A DNA stretch of 64,000 nt from a virus (Duplodnaviria; Caudoviricetes): positions 32,001-96,000 of the IMG/VR virus record IMGVR_UViG_3300035228_001973; one strand, given 5' to 3'. Position numbers and translations under genes: made by a program. The notes beneath the pieces are model-generated. The model saw only the letters and a program-made list of their open reading frames with translations, did no database searches and was not told the DNA's origin. Of this stretch, positions 38,168 to 47,541 are shown one piece after another. Position 1 is the first letter of the stretch; every line of letters starts with the position of its first letter.

Positions 38168-38626
38168 TTAAAAATCTCCCTCCGCAACTTGAAATACGTT
38201 TAACCCATTACTTCTCCACATGTCAACCACTTTATTCCTATCGTCAAAGACCGCAAATACATCTTCTTTATTTGTGAATAAAGTATCTAACCAACCTTGT
38301 TTCAAATCATCATCAGACATAAACTTAAATTGTTTATTATCTGGTCTCATCTTTAAAACATCAAATGGTACATTAAAATTTTCTAACCATTTTTTAGTCA
38401 CATCTTTAGTAGTTTTTAATCTACCACTAAGGATAACAATTCTGAACCCACTATCTTTAAACATTTGAGCAACTTTTATAACTGGTTGATTCGGTTTATC
38501 TAAATTTATATTATTAGGGTCAAAAAATATATCCCAATCAATTTTACCATTATCCTTAGTTGATAGTGTTCGTCTATCATCTATAAGTGCTAATGTCCCA
38601 TCTAAATCAAATATAATACTTTTCAT
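38168..38626 (-). CDS. HAD phosphatase (PseT/PNKP 3'-phosphatase-like)
   Basis: FDLDGTL, LSGR, K and FDDR motifs. Confidence 0.88.
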   Translation of the reverse strand: MKSIIFDLDGTLALIDDRRTLSTKDNGKIDWDIFFDPNNINLDKPNQPVIKVAQMFKDSGFRIVILSGRLKTTKDVTKKWLENFNVPFDVLKMRPDNKQFKFMSDDDLKQGWLDTLFTNKEDVFAVFDDRNKVVDMWRSNGLNVFQVAEGDF

Positions 38627-38629
38627 ACT

Positions 38630-38743
38630 TTAAAACATTTTAGGTATTTGAAAACATAAGAAAGTTACATATAATAGGGCGGCTAAAATTAATACCACAT
38701 CAACACTTTCAATTTTCTTAATTATTGTTTTTATATTTTTCAT
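38630..38743 (-). CDS. 37-aa single-TM peptide (not in the ORF track)
   Basis: MKNIKTIIKKIESVDVVLILAALLYVTFLCFQIPKMF. Confidence 0.5.
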   Translation of the reverse strand: MKNIKTIIKKIESVDVVLILAALLYVTFLCFQIPKMF

Positions 38744-38801
38744 CTCTCTTTGGTGTTAAAGATGTCAATCATCTTGTGCAGTTTACTTGACATCGTTGGT
38801 G

Positions 38802-39041
38802 TTAAAGGTTATCTCTTACTGAATTTTTATGTAACATTTGACTAGTTTGAGCAATACCAAAGCTCACCCAATTATCACTATTGTTAAACTGAGCTCGGCA
38901 ATGATTCATTATACCTTCTCCATCAAGTCCCCATTCTAATTGTTTCCCTGAAGCATCTGTAACTGGATGCCATTTAGTCTCCCATCCATCATGAAGGAAA
39001 GTAACCCAAGCCATTTCTTTATTTAAATCTATATTTTCCAT
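38802..39041 (-). CDS. Hypothetical protein
   Basis: 79 aa; TATCTTTG element at 39060-39067. Confidence 0.65.
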   Translation of the reverse strand: MENIDLNKEMAWVTFLHDGWETKWHPVTDASGKQLEWGLDGEGIMNHCRAQFNNSDNWVSFGIAQTSQMLHKNSVRDNL

Positions 39042-39082
39042 ATCTATAAGTTTAGACTACAAAGATAATAAAAAAATTTCAA

Positions 39083-39535
39083 TTAAACGTTATCATTGTA
39101 AAAAATTACCTCAACACCGCTTTCTTTAAACATTTGTAAACTTCTTTTTGCGTGTTCGTCCCAATATTCTCTATTTCTAGTGGTGTCTTTTATCTTACAG
39201 TGTATTCTTTTAATCCCCGAACTTATTATACCTTTAGCACAATCACTACATGGTATACCACAGGTTAAGTACATTGTACTTTCTCTTAAACTAACACCTA
39301 TACGTGCCGCGTTATATATAGCGTTTCTCTCTGCGTGTTCAATCCAATAATACTTTTCAGGTCGTTCCTGTCTTTCTTCAATATTATCATTAATACCACG
39401 AGGAAAAGAGTTATAACCTGTTGATACAATTTCATTATCTTTTCCGACAATTACTGCACCAATATGTGTCCTCTTATCCTTACTCTTTTCTTTTACCTGT
39501 TCCGCAATATTTAAAAAATATCTATCCCATTCCAT
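39083..39535 (-). CDS. dCMP deaminase
   Basis: STGYN, HAERNAI and PCSDC motifs. Confidence 0.93.
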   Translation of the reverse strand: MEWDRYFLNIAEQVKEKSKDKRTHIGAVIVGKDNEIVSTGYNSFPRGINDNIEERQERPEKYYWIEHAERNAIYNAARIGVSLRESTMYLTCGIPCSDCAKGIISSGIKRIHCKIKDTTRNREYWDEHAKRSLQMFKESGVEVIFYNDNV

Positions 39536-39536
39536 T

Positions 39537-40442
39537 TTACCCTATAATTTTTGTCAACCACTCTTTAAGGTCAATGTAGTTCAAAGTCCCAAATTTATCA
39601 TTATATTTAGATATGTCTAACGCATATTTTCTATCATGACCTAATCTATCTTTTACGTATTCAAACTTAACATCTTTACCAACTATCTCAGATACAATTT
39701 TAATTAATTCATTATTAGTTATACGATAACCACTACCAATATTAAAAACTTGATTAACCTCATCTGATAACATTATATTAATTATTGATTTCGCATTATC
39801 ATCGGCATGTATCCATTCTCTAACTTGTTCACCATCACCGTAGACTGGAATAGACTCATCGTTTTTAATCATTTTAATTATCTTAGGTACCATCTTTTCG
39901 GAGTGTTGGTTTTCCCCAAAATTATTACAGGTTCTAGTAATCACATAAGGTAACCCAAATGTCCTTCCAGCTGACTGTACTATTAAGTCTGAGGAGGCTT
40001 TAGTTGCAGAATAGTATGATGACCCAACCAACGAAAATTCTTCATCAGCGGACACCTCTAAACCATAATCATTCATATCCCCATATACTTCATCTGTAGA
40101 AATATGTATAAATTTCTTTAGACCTTTAACCTTTAGTGCCAATTCAACCATATTAAACGTACCCTCAACGTTAGTCCTTACAAATGGTCTACCATCTTTG
40201 ATTGAGTTATCTACGTGTGATTCAGCCGCAAAATGAACTACGTAATCACAGTCAGGTAATTCAGTCAAATTACATATATCCTCTTTAATAAATTTAACCT
40301 GAGTATTGATATTGTTAGGGTTAGACGCATATGTGAGTTTATCTATAACTGTTATTTCACAATCATTTATCTCACTATTTAATTTGTTTACGAAATGTGA
40401 ACCTATGAATCCCATTCCACCTGTAACTACTATTTTTATCAT
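39537..40442 (-). CDS. rmlB: dTDP-glucose 4,6-dehydratase
   Basis: TGGMGFIGS, DKLTYA, HFAAESHVDNSI, HISTDEVYG, YSATK and DRLGHDRKYA motifs. Confidence 0.93.
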   Translation of the reverse strand: MIKIVVTGGMGFIGSHFVNKLNSEINDCEITVIDKLTYASNPNNINTQVKFIKEDICNLTELPDCDYVVHFAAESHVDNSIKDGRPFVRTNVEGTFNMVELALKVKGLKKFIHISTDEVYGDMNDYGLEVSADEEFSLVGSSYYSATKASSDLIVQSAGRTFGLPYVITRTCNNFGENQHSEKMVPKIIKMIKNDESIPVYGDGEQVREWIHADDNAKSIINIMLSDEVNQVFNIGSGYRITNNELIKIVSEIVGKDVKFEYVKDRLGHDRKYALDISKYNDKFGTLNYIDLKEWLTKIIG

Positions 40443-42814
40443 TGTTCTACTTTTGAAACGTTATTGTCTTTATTTATTTTTACCACACTATCAGCCCATT
40501 GACTAACTAAAGGATTATGAGTTATCACAAATATTTTCTCGAAATACTCTTTGATTTTTTGAAAGAATTGTGAAACCATTTCTAAATTCTCATTAGATAT
40601 TTTACCGAATACTTCATCAAACACAACTATGTTTGGTTTAGGTAGAGAACAAACTTTACTTAAAACTGCCCTTAACGCTAATGACGCTATAGACCTTTCA
40701 TATCCTGAACCTGAACTCATTAATTTTTCAATACCAGTATTATTATCTATCATCCAAAATTCAACCTCATCTTTTTCAGATATTCTAACCTCCAATTTAA
40801 ACTCCGCAGAATCAATTAATAACCTTTGTAATTCTGAATTAATTACCGGTGTCATACTTCTCATAATCATTTTAGTTATACCTTTTTTACCAAATAATTC
40901 TAAGTAAATTTTATATAACCTTAATTTCTTTTCTTCATCTTTTATTCTAATAATAAAACTATTATTCTCATCAATCTTAGAATTACGGTTTTTAATATTA
41001 TTTTTTGAATCACTTATTTTAGTATTAACCCCGTCTCTCTCAACTGTTAAAACATCCAACCTCATATCCGCTTTGAGAATGGTTTCATCAATTTTTTTGT
41101 TTTCCTCTAACTTTATTTGAACTTCTTTAAATCTTTTAAGTTTGTCTTCCAAACCACTTTTTTTAAGTTCCAAAGTTTCAAGTTGAATTTCAAATTTTTC
41201 CTTTATGAGTTTGTTCCTTTCATAGGTATCGAAATCTTTTTTAAGATTTACGAAAGATTGTTCTTGAAGTAACAACTCCTTTAATTTAAGAGTAGAACTA
41301 GTTAGACCTATATTAATATCCTCTAACTCTTTCTTTCTCTTTTCCGTATAAGTTGACTGAGCCAAAACAATACCACAGTATTGACATTCTAATCCGTCTT
41401 CAAATGTTTTTAATTCTTCAACTATATCTTCTTTTTTAGAAGACATTGTCCCTTCATTAATCCTTTCATTCGATAACTTTTCTTTTATTTGGTCGTGCTC
41501 ATCTTCATGATAATATTTTGAAGGTTCAACTACATTGATTGAAGTAAGTTCCTTAAGTGTAACACCTATTTTTGACCCATATTCTTTAATATCGTCTTTC
41601 ATTGAGTCAGGATTAATTCTAAGTAACTCATCATCTAACCCTATGTGTTTTTTTCTAATCAAATCGTCCCTATAACCCTGACCTTTTTCAATACGACCAT
41701 TAACATCGTTAAGTTCATCAACATATTTCTGTATGTTTAAATTTTCTTGTTCAATATCAATTTTCGCTATTTCTATCTCTTCCTTTAATGATTCAATATT
41801 ATATATGTTTGAAATCATTCCCTTACTATAGTTTGAAGTGATTTCTTTAGCTACGTCTTCTTTTAACTTAAGAGAATCTAACCCTAAAAATCTTGATAAA
41901 ACTTGCCCTCTAGCGGTGGGTTTAGAATCAATTAATTCCTCTAAATTAGTCGAAGTAGTTAGTATAGTCATTAAGAAGTCGTCCATAGTTCCTATAGACT
42001 TCTTTATAAAATCTTCGGTCTCCCTTCTTTGTTCACCTGTAAAGTTTTGTAAACTACCGTCAGATAATTTTTTGAAAAATTCTAAACTAGTACTAACCGT
42101 ATAATCGGTTTTATTTCTTTTTAATTTACGATTGACTTCCCTAACTATAATGTAATCCTCACCATCAATTTGAATTTCACCTTTAACCACTACTTTATCT
42201 TTATTTCTAAATCTATTAAAAATTTCTTCAGCCTTGTTAGTCTTAGTTGTTGTGTTAAAGAATAAAAATAGTAAAAGGTCCACAGTCAAAACCGTTTTAC
42301 CACCAAAATTAGGTGGATTAGATTCTACCGCAGTAATACCTTCTACTTTTTCAAAATCTAAAACTTGTTTGTCACCAAATGATAGAAAGTTAGAGAATTC
42401 AATATTTTTTATGTACCACTTTTTAAATGGTGTTATATCCGCCTTTTCTGAAGCAATTTTATCTTCAACTAATAAATCAATATTTAATACCTCATCTAAA
42501 CTTTTTTCATACCCATTAGCAATTAGATATTTTTTTATTAACTCTTTTTGAAAATTTTCATCTAATATATTCATAGAAACATCTACGGATTGCACATCCA
42601 TATCTTCCGTCTTAACTTTCGTTATTACGTTTACATTCTTAGATTTATATTTTTTTTCAAAATATGACCTAACTCTCTTTAGTCTCTCCTGAGTGAAATT
42701 ATCTGGCGTATCTTCCCAAACAACTTGTATATAAGGATTCTCTAAAGTATCAACATCTAGTTTATGACTCATATAAGTGTAATTTAATTCTTTTGGTGGA
42801 TTAAACAAATCCAT
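40439..42814 (-). CDS. sbcC: SbcC/Rad50/gp46-like ATPase with an N-terminal extension of about 130 aa
   Basis: NFLSFG, NFGGKT, zinc hook CQYC, SGYE signature, VVFDEVF and ITH motifs. Confidence 0.92.
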   Translation of the reverse strand: MDLFNPPKELNYTYMSHKLDVDTLENPYIQVVWEDTPDNFTQERLKRVRSYFEKKYKSKNVNVITKVKTEDMDVQSVDVSMNILDENFQKELIKKYLIANGYEKSLDEVLNIDLLVEDKIASEKADITPFKKWYIKNIEFSNFLSFGDKQVLDFEKVEGITAVESNPPNFGGKTVLTVDLLLFLFFNTTTKTNKAEEIFNRFRNKDKVVVKGEIQIDGEDYIIVREVNRKLKRNKTDYTVSTSLEFFKKLSDGSLQNFTGEQRRETEDFIKKSIGTMDDFLMTILTTSTNLEELIDSKPTARGQVLSRFLGLDSLKLKEDVAKEITSNYSKGMISNIYNIESLKEEIEIAKIDIEQENLNIQKYVDELNDVNGRIEKGQGYRDDLIRKKHIGLDDELLRINPDSMKDDIKEYGSKIGVTLKELTSINVVEPSKYYHEDEHDQIKEKLSNERINEGTMSSKKEDIVEELKTFEDGLECQYCGIVLAQSTYTEKRKKELEDINIGLTSSTLKLKELLLQEQSFVNLKKDFDTYERNKLIKEKFEIQLETLELKKSGLEDKLKRFKEVQIKLEENKKIDETILKADMRLDVLTVERDGVNTKISDSKNNIKNRNSKIDENNSFIIRIKDEEKKLRLYKIYLELFGKKGITKMIMRSMTPVINSELQRLLIDSAEFKLEVRISEKDEVEFWMIDNNTGIEKLMSSGSGYERSIASLALRAVLSKVCSLPKPNIVVFDEVFGKISNENLEMVSQFFQKIKEYFEKIFVITHNPLVSQWADSVVKINKDNNVSKVEQ

Positions 42815-42821
42815 TTTAACT

Positions 42822-43034
42822 CTATAACTTTATGTTAAGTGGTTGTTCATTCTCAACAACCTCATTATTTTCAGTTTCCGCTGATAATGTTTTTCTATAC
42901 TCCTCTAACTGTTTAGTCATCTCAGCAGTATACTGTTCTTGCATTTTTCTTTGCATCCCCTTAATTTTAGCATTTCTCGCTTGAACTCTTTTACGGTGAG
43001 CCGTTGCACCACCTCTTGTTTTACTTTTTGGCAT
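42822..43034 (-). CDS. Small basic hypothetical protein
   Basis: 70-aa ORF. Confidence 0.7.
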   Translation of the reverse strand: MPKSKTRGGATAHRKRVQARNAKIKGMQRKMQEQYTAEMTKQLEEYRKTLSAETENNEVVENEQPLNIKL

Positions 43035-43062
43035 AATTTTAATTATTTATCTATTTATTAAT

Positions 43063-43269
43063 ATGAGAGAACTAATAACAAAAATACTTTCCAATAAACT
43101 GGTAAAACTTTTATTTTCAGTCTCAATTATTGTTTCAACTATACCATCAATTATACAAGATTTTAATGGAGTAGTCAACAATGGTTATACACATTATGGA
43201 TTAATGTTTGTAGGTATTATGTACGGAATGGAAAGTTTATTATGGATTATGGACATATGGAAAAAATAG
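43063..43269 (+). CDS. Small two-TM membrane protein
   Basis: Two hydrophobic helices; TATTTATT at 43052-43059. Confidence 0.65.
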   Translation: MRELITKILSNKLVKLLFSVSIIVSTIPSIIQDFNGVVNNGYTHYGLMFVGIMYGMESLLWIMDIWKK

Positions 43270-43667
43270 AATCATTTAACAAAAAAGTTATTGAATTAGA
43301 GAAAGGGTTAGAAAGTAACCACCCTAACTTTGATGAGATGGACCTTTATCAACTTAAAAAAGAAATGTTACTTTATAAATTAGATAACCCTAATGATACT
43401 AAGATAGATACTCTATTATCCCTAATGGATAATCTTGATACCGCTTTCGATAAAGACCAAACTGAAAAAATGAACCGTAAGTTAAACTTACTTACGATAT
43501 GGTCTACTATTTTCTTACCATTATCTTTCTACACCGGCATGTGGGGAATGAATTTTGATGACGTACCTTTACTAACTGGTGACCACGGATTTTGGGTATT
43601 TTTAGGTTTAACAATATTAACTATTGTTGGGATGTTCTATTATTTTAAGAAAAATAAGTGGTTTTAA
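43242..43667 (+). CDS. Minimal CorA-family divalent cation channel (stalk plus two TMs)
   Basis: MNRKLNLLTIWSTIFLPLSFYTGMWGMNF (GMN motif) and C-terminal FKKNKWF. Confidence 0.85.
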   Translation: MDYGHMEKIESFNKKVIELEKGLESNHPNFDEMDLYQLKKEMLLYKLDNPNDTKIDTLLSLMDNLDTAFDKDQTEKMNRKLNLLTIWSTIFLPLSFYTGMWGMNFDDVPLLTGDHGFWVFLGLTILTIVGMFYYFKKNKWF

Positions 43668-43915
43668 TTGAAATAGTAATTAATCATATTATCTACATTT
43701 CCATTAGAAAATCCACCCATTAAGAGTACGTATACTAAGTACATCCAACCAAATAAATAATGAATAACTAACCAAAGTAATGATTTATTAAAGTACCAAC
43801 TTACTAATAAAGCGATGACTTTATAAACCATTCTCCAATCACCAGGTACTAAATAATACCTAACTTCTTTTATTTCATTATCCATTACCTTTTGTTTCCT
43901 CGAACCATTCCACAA
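43664..43915 (-). CDS. Small membrane protein
   Basis: SWYFNKSLLWLVIHYLFGW.Y pattern; start uncertain. Confidence 0.6.
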   Translation of the reverse strand: MWNGSRKQKVMDNEIKEVRYYLVPGDWRMVYKVIALLVSWYFNKSLLWLVIHYLFGWMYLVYVLLMGGFSNGNVDNMINYYFN

Positions 43916-44219
43916 TCGTGTTAATCATCCAAACGCCACCTGAAGCTAACATACCATCAAAAAATACCCCAAACGCCATATTAACCCCTAAAACCTCAAC
44001 AAATGGTGACCAAATAAAACTCATTAAAAACCCAACCCATGTTGAGGTACACATCATACAAGATATTAATCCTGATAGAAATACTCCCATGAAGTTAAAT
44101 ATTGATAGTCTATTTTCTGCCCATCTATGTAAACCGTCTCTTAATCCTTTAAAAATTGAACCATATACTAATATCTGACTCATTCCGTACGCGGCTATTA
44201 ACCAAATTACTAATTCCAT
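43878..44219 (-). CDS. Membrane protein with CxxC (DUF1360-like)
   Basis: LISCMMCTSTWVG motif. Confidence 0.65.
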   Translation of the reverse strand: MELVIWLIAAYGMSQILVYGSIFKGLRDGLHRWAENRLSIFNFMGVFLSGLISCMMCTSTWVGFLMSFIWSPFVEVLGVNMAFGVFFDGMLASGGVWMINTIVEWFEETKGNG

Positions 44220-45052
44220 TACTTATATATATTATCGTTTAAATTTGTAGAACCCATAAATTTACCCTTTATTGGTCCTTTTATTTTTTCTAATTCTACA
44301 ACATTATTCTCAATTTGTAAAATCTTTTCATCTTTTTTTCTTATCTCATCTTTCATCTTTGATATGGTTTCCTGTAGTAATAACAATTTATCTTTATTAA
44401 CTACTTTAACCTCTTTGATGACTTCAATAGGTTTTTCAACTATTACCTCTTTAATAACTTCAATAAACTTCTCAACTTCTGTAGGTGGTTTGTTTAATTC
44501 AATGTCTAAAGTTCGCCTAAGTTTATCTAAACTTTCATCTTTTTTAGACATCTCTTGAGATAACTCTTTATTCACCTCCTCCAACTTACTAATCTTACTA
44601 CCAAGTTCTTTAACTTGTTCATCATCGGTAATGTATACCTCTTTTTCAACTATAACTTCTTTAGGTTTTTCAACTTCTACAATTTTCTCAACCTCAACAA
44701 TTACTTCCTTTTCTACCTCTTTAATAACTTCAAAAGGGACTTCTTTTATAACTTCTACAGTTATTTGTTTTTCAACTATTTTTTCTACAGGTATTTCTTT
44801 AATTACTACTTTTTCAATAATTTTTTCAACCTCGATAGGAACTTCCTTTATAATCTCTTTTTCAATTATTTTCTCTTCAAATACAATTTGTTCACCATCA
44901 TCAGTTGTTAACAAACCATATTTTTCAATCTGATATCCTTTACTAAAACATATCTTAATAAACTTCTCAAAATCTAATTCGTTTAGTTTACAGAAACTTT
45001 TAATATCCTTTATCTCTTTTGTGGTAAGACTAATAATTGGTGAGTTGCTCAT
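44219..45052 (-). CDS. V/I/E/K-rich repeat protein with a coiled coil
   Basis: Repeats of EKIIEK, VIKEVP and VEVEK. Confidence 0.75.
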   Translation of the reverse strand: MSNSPIISLTTKEIKDIKSFCKLNELDFEKFIKICFSKGYQIEKYGLLTTDDGEQIVFEEKIIEKEIIKEVPIEVEKIIEKVVIKEIPVEKIVEKQITVEVIKEVPFEVIKEVEKEVIVEVEKIVEVEKPKEVIVEKEVYITDDEQVKELGSKISKLEEVNKELSQEMSKKDESLDKLRRTLDIELNKPPTEVEKFIEVIKEVIVEKPIEVIKEVKVVNKDKLLLLQETISKMKDEIRKKDEKILQIENNVVELEKIKGPIKGKFMGSTNLNDNIYK

Positions 45053-45818
45053 GTCCTTTCTCTAAATCTTCAATATTTGTTATTTTAAAAGATAGAAATG
45101 GTCGAGGATTAGTTAAATCAACAAACTCATAAGTATCTTCATCTACACTATAAATACCAAACCCATGTTTAGTTATACTTTCTCCAAAGTTCTGTTGTAT
45201 AGTCGACCCCACCATATACGCCTTTTTATTATTAGGAATATCAATCACTTGTCTTTTATGAATATCCCCACATAATAACACATCTAAACCTTTAAATTTT
45301 TTGATATCGTAAGCATGGTCTCCAAAACCATAACCAGTATCAGTAACCAAACCTTGTATTGGGTCATGAAACAACCCTACTTTATATCCTTTAGCATTCG
45401 ATATTTCAGGTGGTATATTACCCTGAAATTGAGAGTACACACACCAACTTATATTATCGTCCTCATAAATTCCTCGGTCTCTGTAGTATACAATTTCAGG
45501 GTTTTTAAGTGAATCTATAATAGGTGTTAATGCGTCCAATCTATTAAGATTATTATTTAAAAAGTCATGATTACCCGGAATAAGTACTATTTTAGATATT
45601 TTACTACATTCGGTAAGTATCCAAGCAACAACTTCAATAAGTTCAGGTGTCATTTGATTTTTACTATGAACCAAATCACCCGTAAAAACAATTCGGTCAG
45701 GCTTTATATCTTTAAATTTATTTAACATATCAGTTATAATACGCTTATATAAATCGTGGTCTTTAAATAACCTCAAATGTAAGTCCGAAAAATGTACTAT
45801 CTTTTTTATCATAAACAA
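45030..45818 (-). CDS. sbcD: SbcD/Mre11/gp47-like nuclease (short)
   Basis: SDLH, TGDLVH, PGNHD, GDIHKRQ and GSTIQQNFGE motifs. Confidence 0.92.
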   Translation of the reverse strand: MFMIKKIVHFSDLHLRLFKDHDLYKRIITDMLNKFKDIKPDRIVFTGDLVHSKNQMTPELIEVVAWILTECSKISKIVLIPGNHDFLNNNLNRLDALTPIIDSLKNPEIVYYRDRGIYEDDNISWCVYSQFQGNIPPEISNAKGYKVGLFHDPIQGLVTDTGYGFGDHAYDIKKFKGLDVLLCGDIHKRQVIDIPNNKKAYMVGSTIQQNFGESITKHGFGIYSVDEDTYEFVDLTNPRPFLSFKITNIEDLEKGHEQLTNY

Positions 45819-46684
45819 CTAAAATATCTATCTCCCCTATCACAAAGGAAAGTTATTACAGGACCATCAGGGTTATATTTTTCAATATATCTTTCTGCGG
45901 CTAATATATTGGAACCCGCTGAAATACCTACAAACATACCGTGTTCTTTAGCTAACTTACGTGCTCTTAGTTTTGCGTCCTCTGTACTAATAGTAATAAT
46001 TTTATCAACAACAGTCAAATCAACTAAAAATTTTGAACCATCACCTATCCCTTGTATACCGTGTAAACCTGGTTCACCACCACTCATCACAGGAGACTCT
46101 TCAGGTTCCACCGCAACTATATCCATATTAAGATAATACATTTTTAACATCGGACCAACACCCATTAGTGTACCACCTGTACCTGTACCACTGATTATAG
46201 CGCTAGGTTCTATACAAATATTTTTACACTGATGTAATATTTCAACCGCAGTACCCTCTTTATGTGATTCAACATTTAAAGGGTTATTAAATTGATTACA
46301 ATTAAACCACCCATTCACCTCACACATTTCATCTCTAAGTGCAATAGCATCATCAAACGCACCGGCATCCACCTCAATAAGTTCTGCACCATAAAGTTTT
46401 AGGGTTTTCTTACGTTCCATTGACATGTTGTTAGGCATAATAATAACACACTTATACCCTCGTTCTGCAGCTAACCAAGCAAAACTAACACCCATATTTC
46501 CAGAAGTGGCCTCACATATAGTTCCACCTGGTAATAGAGTTCCGTTCTTTTCTGCCTCGTTAATAATATAAGATGCCGGTCTGTCTTTGATAGAACCTGT
46601 CGGGTTTAATAACTCAACCTTAACATATATCTTCTCACTAATCTTAAGTAATGGTGTAACACCTATGTTATCTGACAATTTCAT
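45809..46684 (-). CDS. cysK: Cysteine synthase (CysK/CysM family)
   Basis: NPTGSIKDR, EATSGNMG, GTGTGGT, HGIQGIG and D.G.RY.S motifs. Confidence 0.93.
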   Translation of the reverse strand: MKLSDNIGVTPLLKISEKIYVKVELLNPTGSIKDRPASYIINEAEKNGTLLPGGTICEATSGNMGVSFAWLAAERGYKCVIIMPNNMSMERKKTLKLYGAELIEVDAGAFDDAIALRDEMCEVNGWFNCNQFNNPLNVESHKEGTAVEILHQCKNICIEPSAIISGTGTGGTLMGVGPMLKMYYLNMDIVAVEPEESPVMSGGEPGLHGIQGIGDGSKFLVDLTVVDKIITISTEDAKLRARKLAKEHGMFVGISAGSNILAAERYIEKYNPDGPVITFLCDRGDRYFSCL

Positions 46685-47079
46685 CTTATACTTTTGAATT
46701 TAGAATGAATAAACCTATTTATTTTTTCCCATCGACTAAGTTCTGAACCCCACATAACTCTATCTATCATATCAATACACCAATTATCCCATTTTTCAAA
46801 TATGAATAAAATATCAATTGTTAATTCTCCAGCATGTGTAACTGTTGGGAAGTGCCACGTAATTTCAAACAATGACCCTGACCATACAAACCCTTTATCA
46901 ATATTAAGTATTTGAAACCCAAATTTATGATTATCACCACCTAAGTAGAGATTAAGCAAACTAATCTTTGTTGTCCATCGATTTGTCTTCCAAGCTATTT
47001 TTTGTAGTTTTTTTCTCATTTTTTTTATTATTTTTTTCTTCATTCCACATTTCATCCCAAAAATAAAATTCGTTTTCAT
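46681..47079 (-). CDS. Hypothetical protein (start uncertain)
   Basis: ORF in the operon. Confidence 0.6.
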   Translation of the reverse strand: MKTNFIFGMKCGMKKKIIKKMRKKLQKIAWKTNRWTTKISLLNLYLGGDNHKFGFQILNIDKGFVWSGSLFEITWHFPTVTHAGELTIDILFIFEKWDNWCIDMIDRVMWGSELSRWEKINRFIHSKFKSIR

Positions 47080-47087
47080 CTGTCATA

Positions 47088-47321
47088 TCACATATACACA
47101 TTAGGTGGTTTACCGGGAAAATCCATATCATCATTTTGATTAGGTTCCTGTATGATTATTGGTTGAGTTGGTGGACCCTCCCTTCTTATAATTACCTCAG
47201 TATTTTCACTTAAATCAACTTCCTCAACTTTATTTTTAATATGTCTTATATCATCAACACTTAAGTTAATCTTACCCTGTATGAATCCATCAATCCATAT
47301 TACAAAATCTCTACTTTTCAT
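47088..47321 (-). CDS. Hypothetical protein
   Basis: 77-aa ORF. Confidence 0.65.
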   Translation of the reverse strand: MKSRDFVIWIDGFIQGKINLSVDDIRHIKNKVEEVDLSENTEVIIRREGPPTQPIIIQEPNQNDDMDFPGKPPNVYM

Positions 47322-47538
47322 TTCCTAATATATTAAATTCTTTATTTATATGTGAACATTCAGTACAAACGTAAGTTTCCATTGGAACTAACTCATCAGT
47401 CGCCGAACCCGTTAGTAATTTACTAACTTTTTTAATAATCGTAACTTTATCATAAAAAATATTTTCACATTTTTCACATTCTACATTAGGTAAATCTAAC
47501 GGATTGACCCTCATTTGGTTATTATTTCCTATATCCAT
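47311..47538 (-). CDS. Small zinc-ribbon protein
   Basis: CEKC...CTEC. Confidence 0.7.
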   Translation of the reverse strand: MDIGNNNQMRVNPLDLPNVECEKCENIFYDKVTIIKKVSKLLTGSATDELVPMETYVCTECSHINKEFNILGNEK

Positions 47539-47541
47539 ATC

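Noticed and set aside
44364-44933. Overlapping + strand ORFs rich in Phe/Asn or Ser/Thr/Ile
   Set aside because: They are antisense shadows of the VEK repeat gene.
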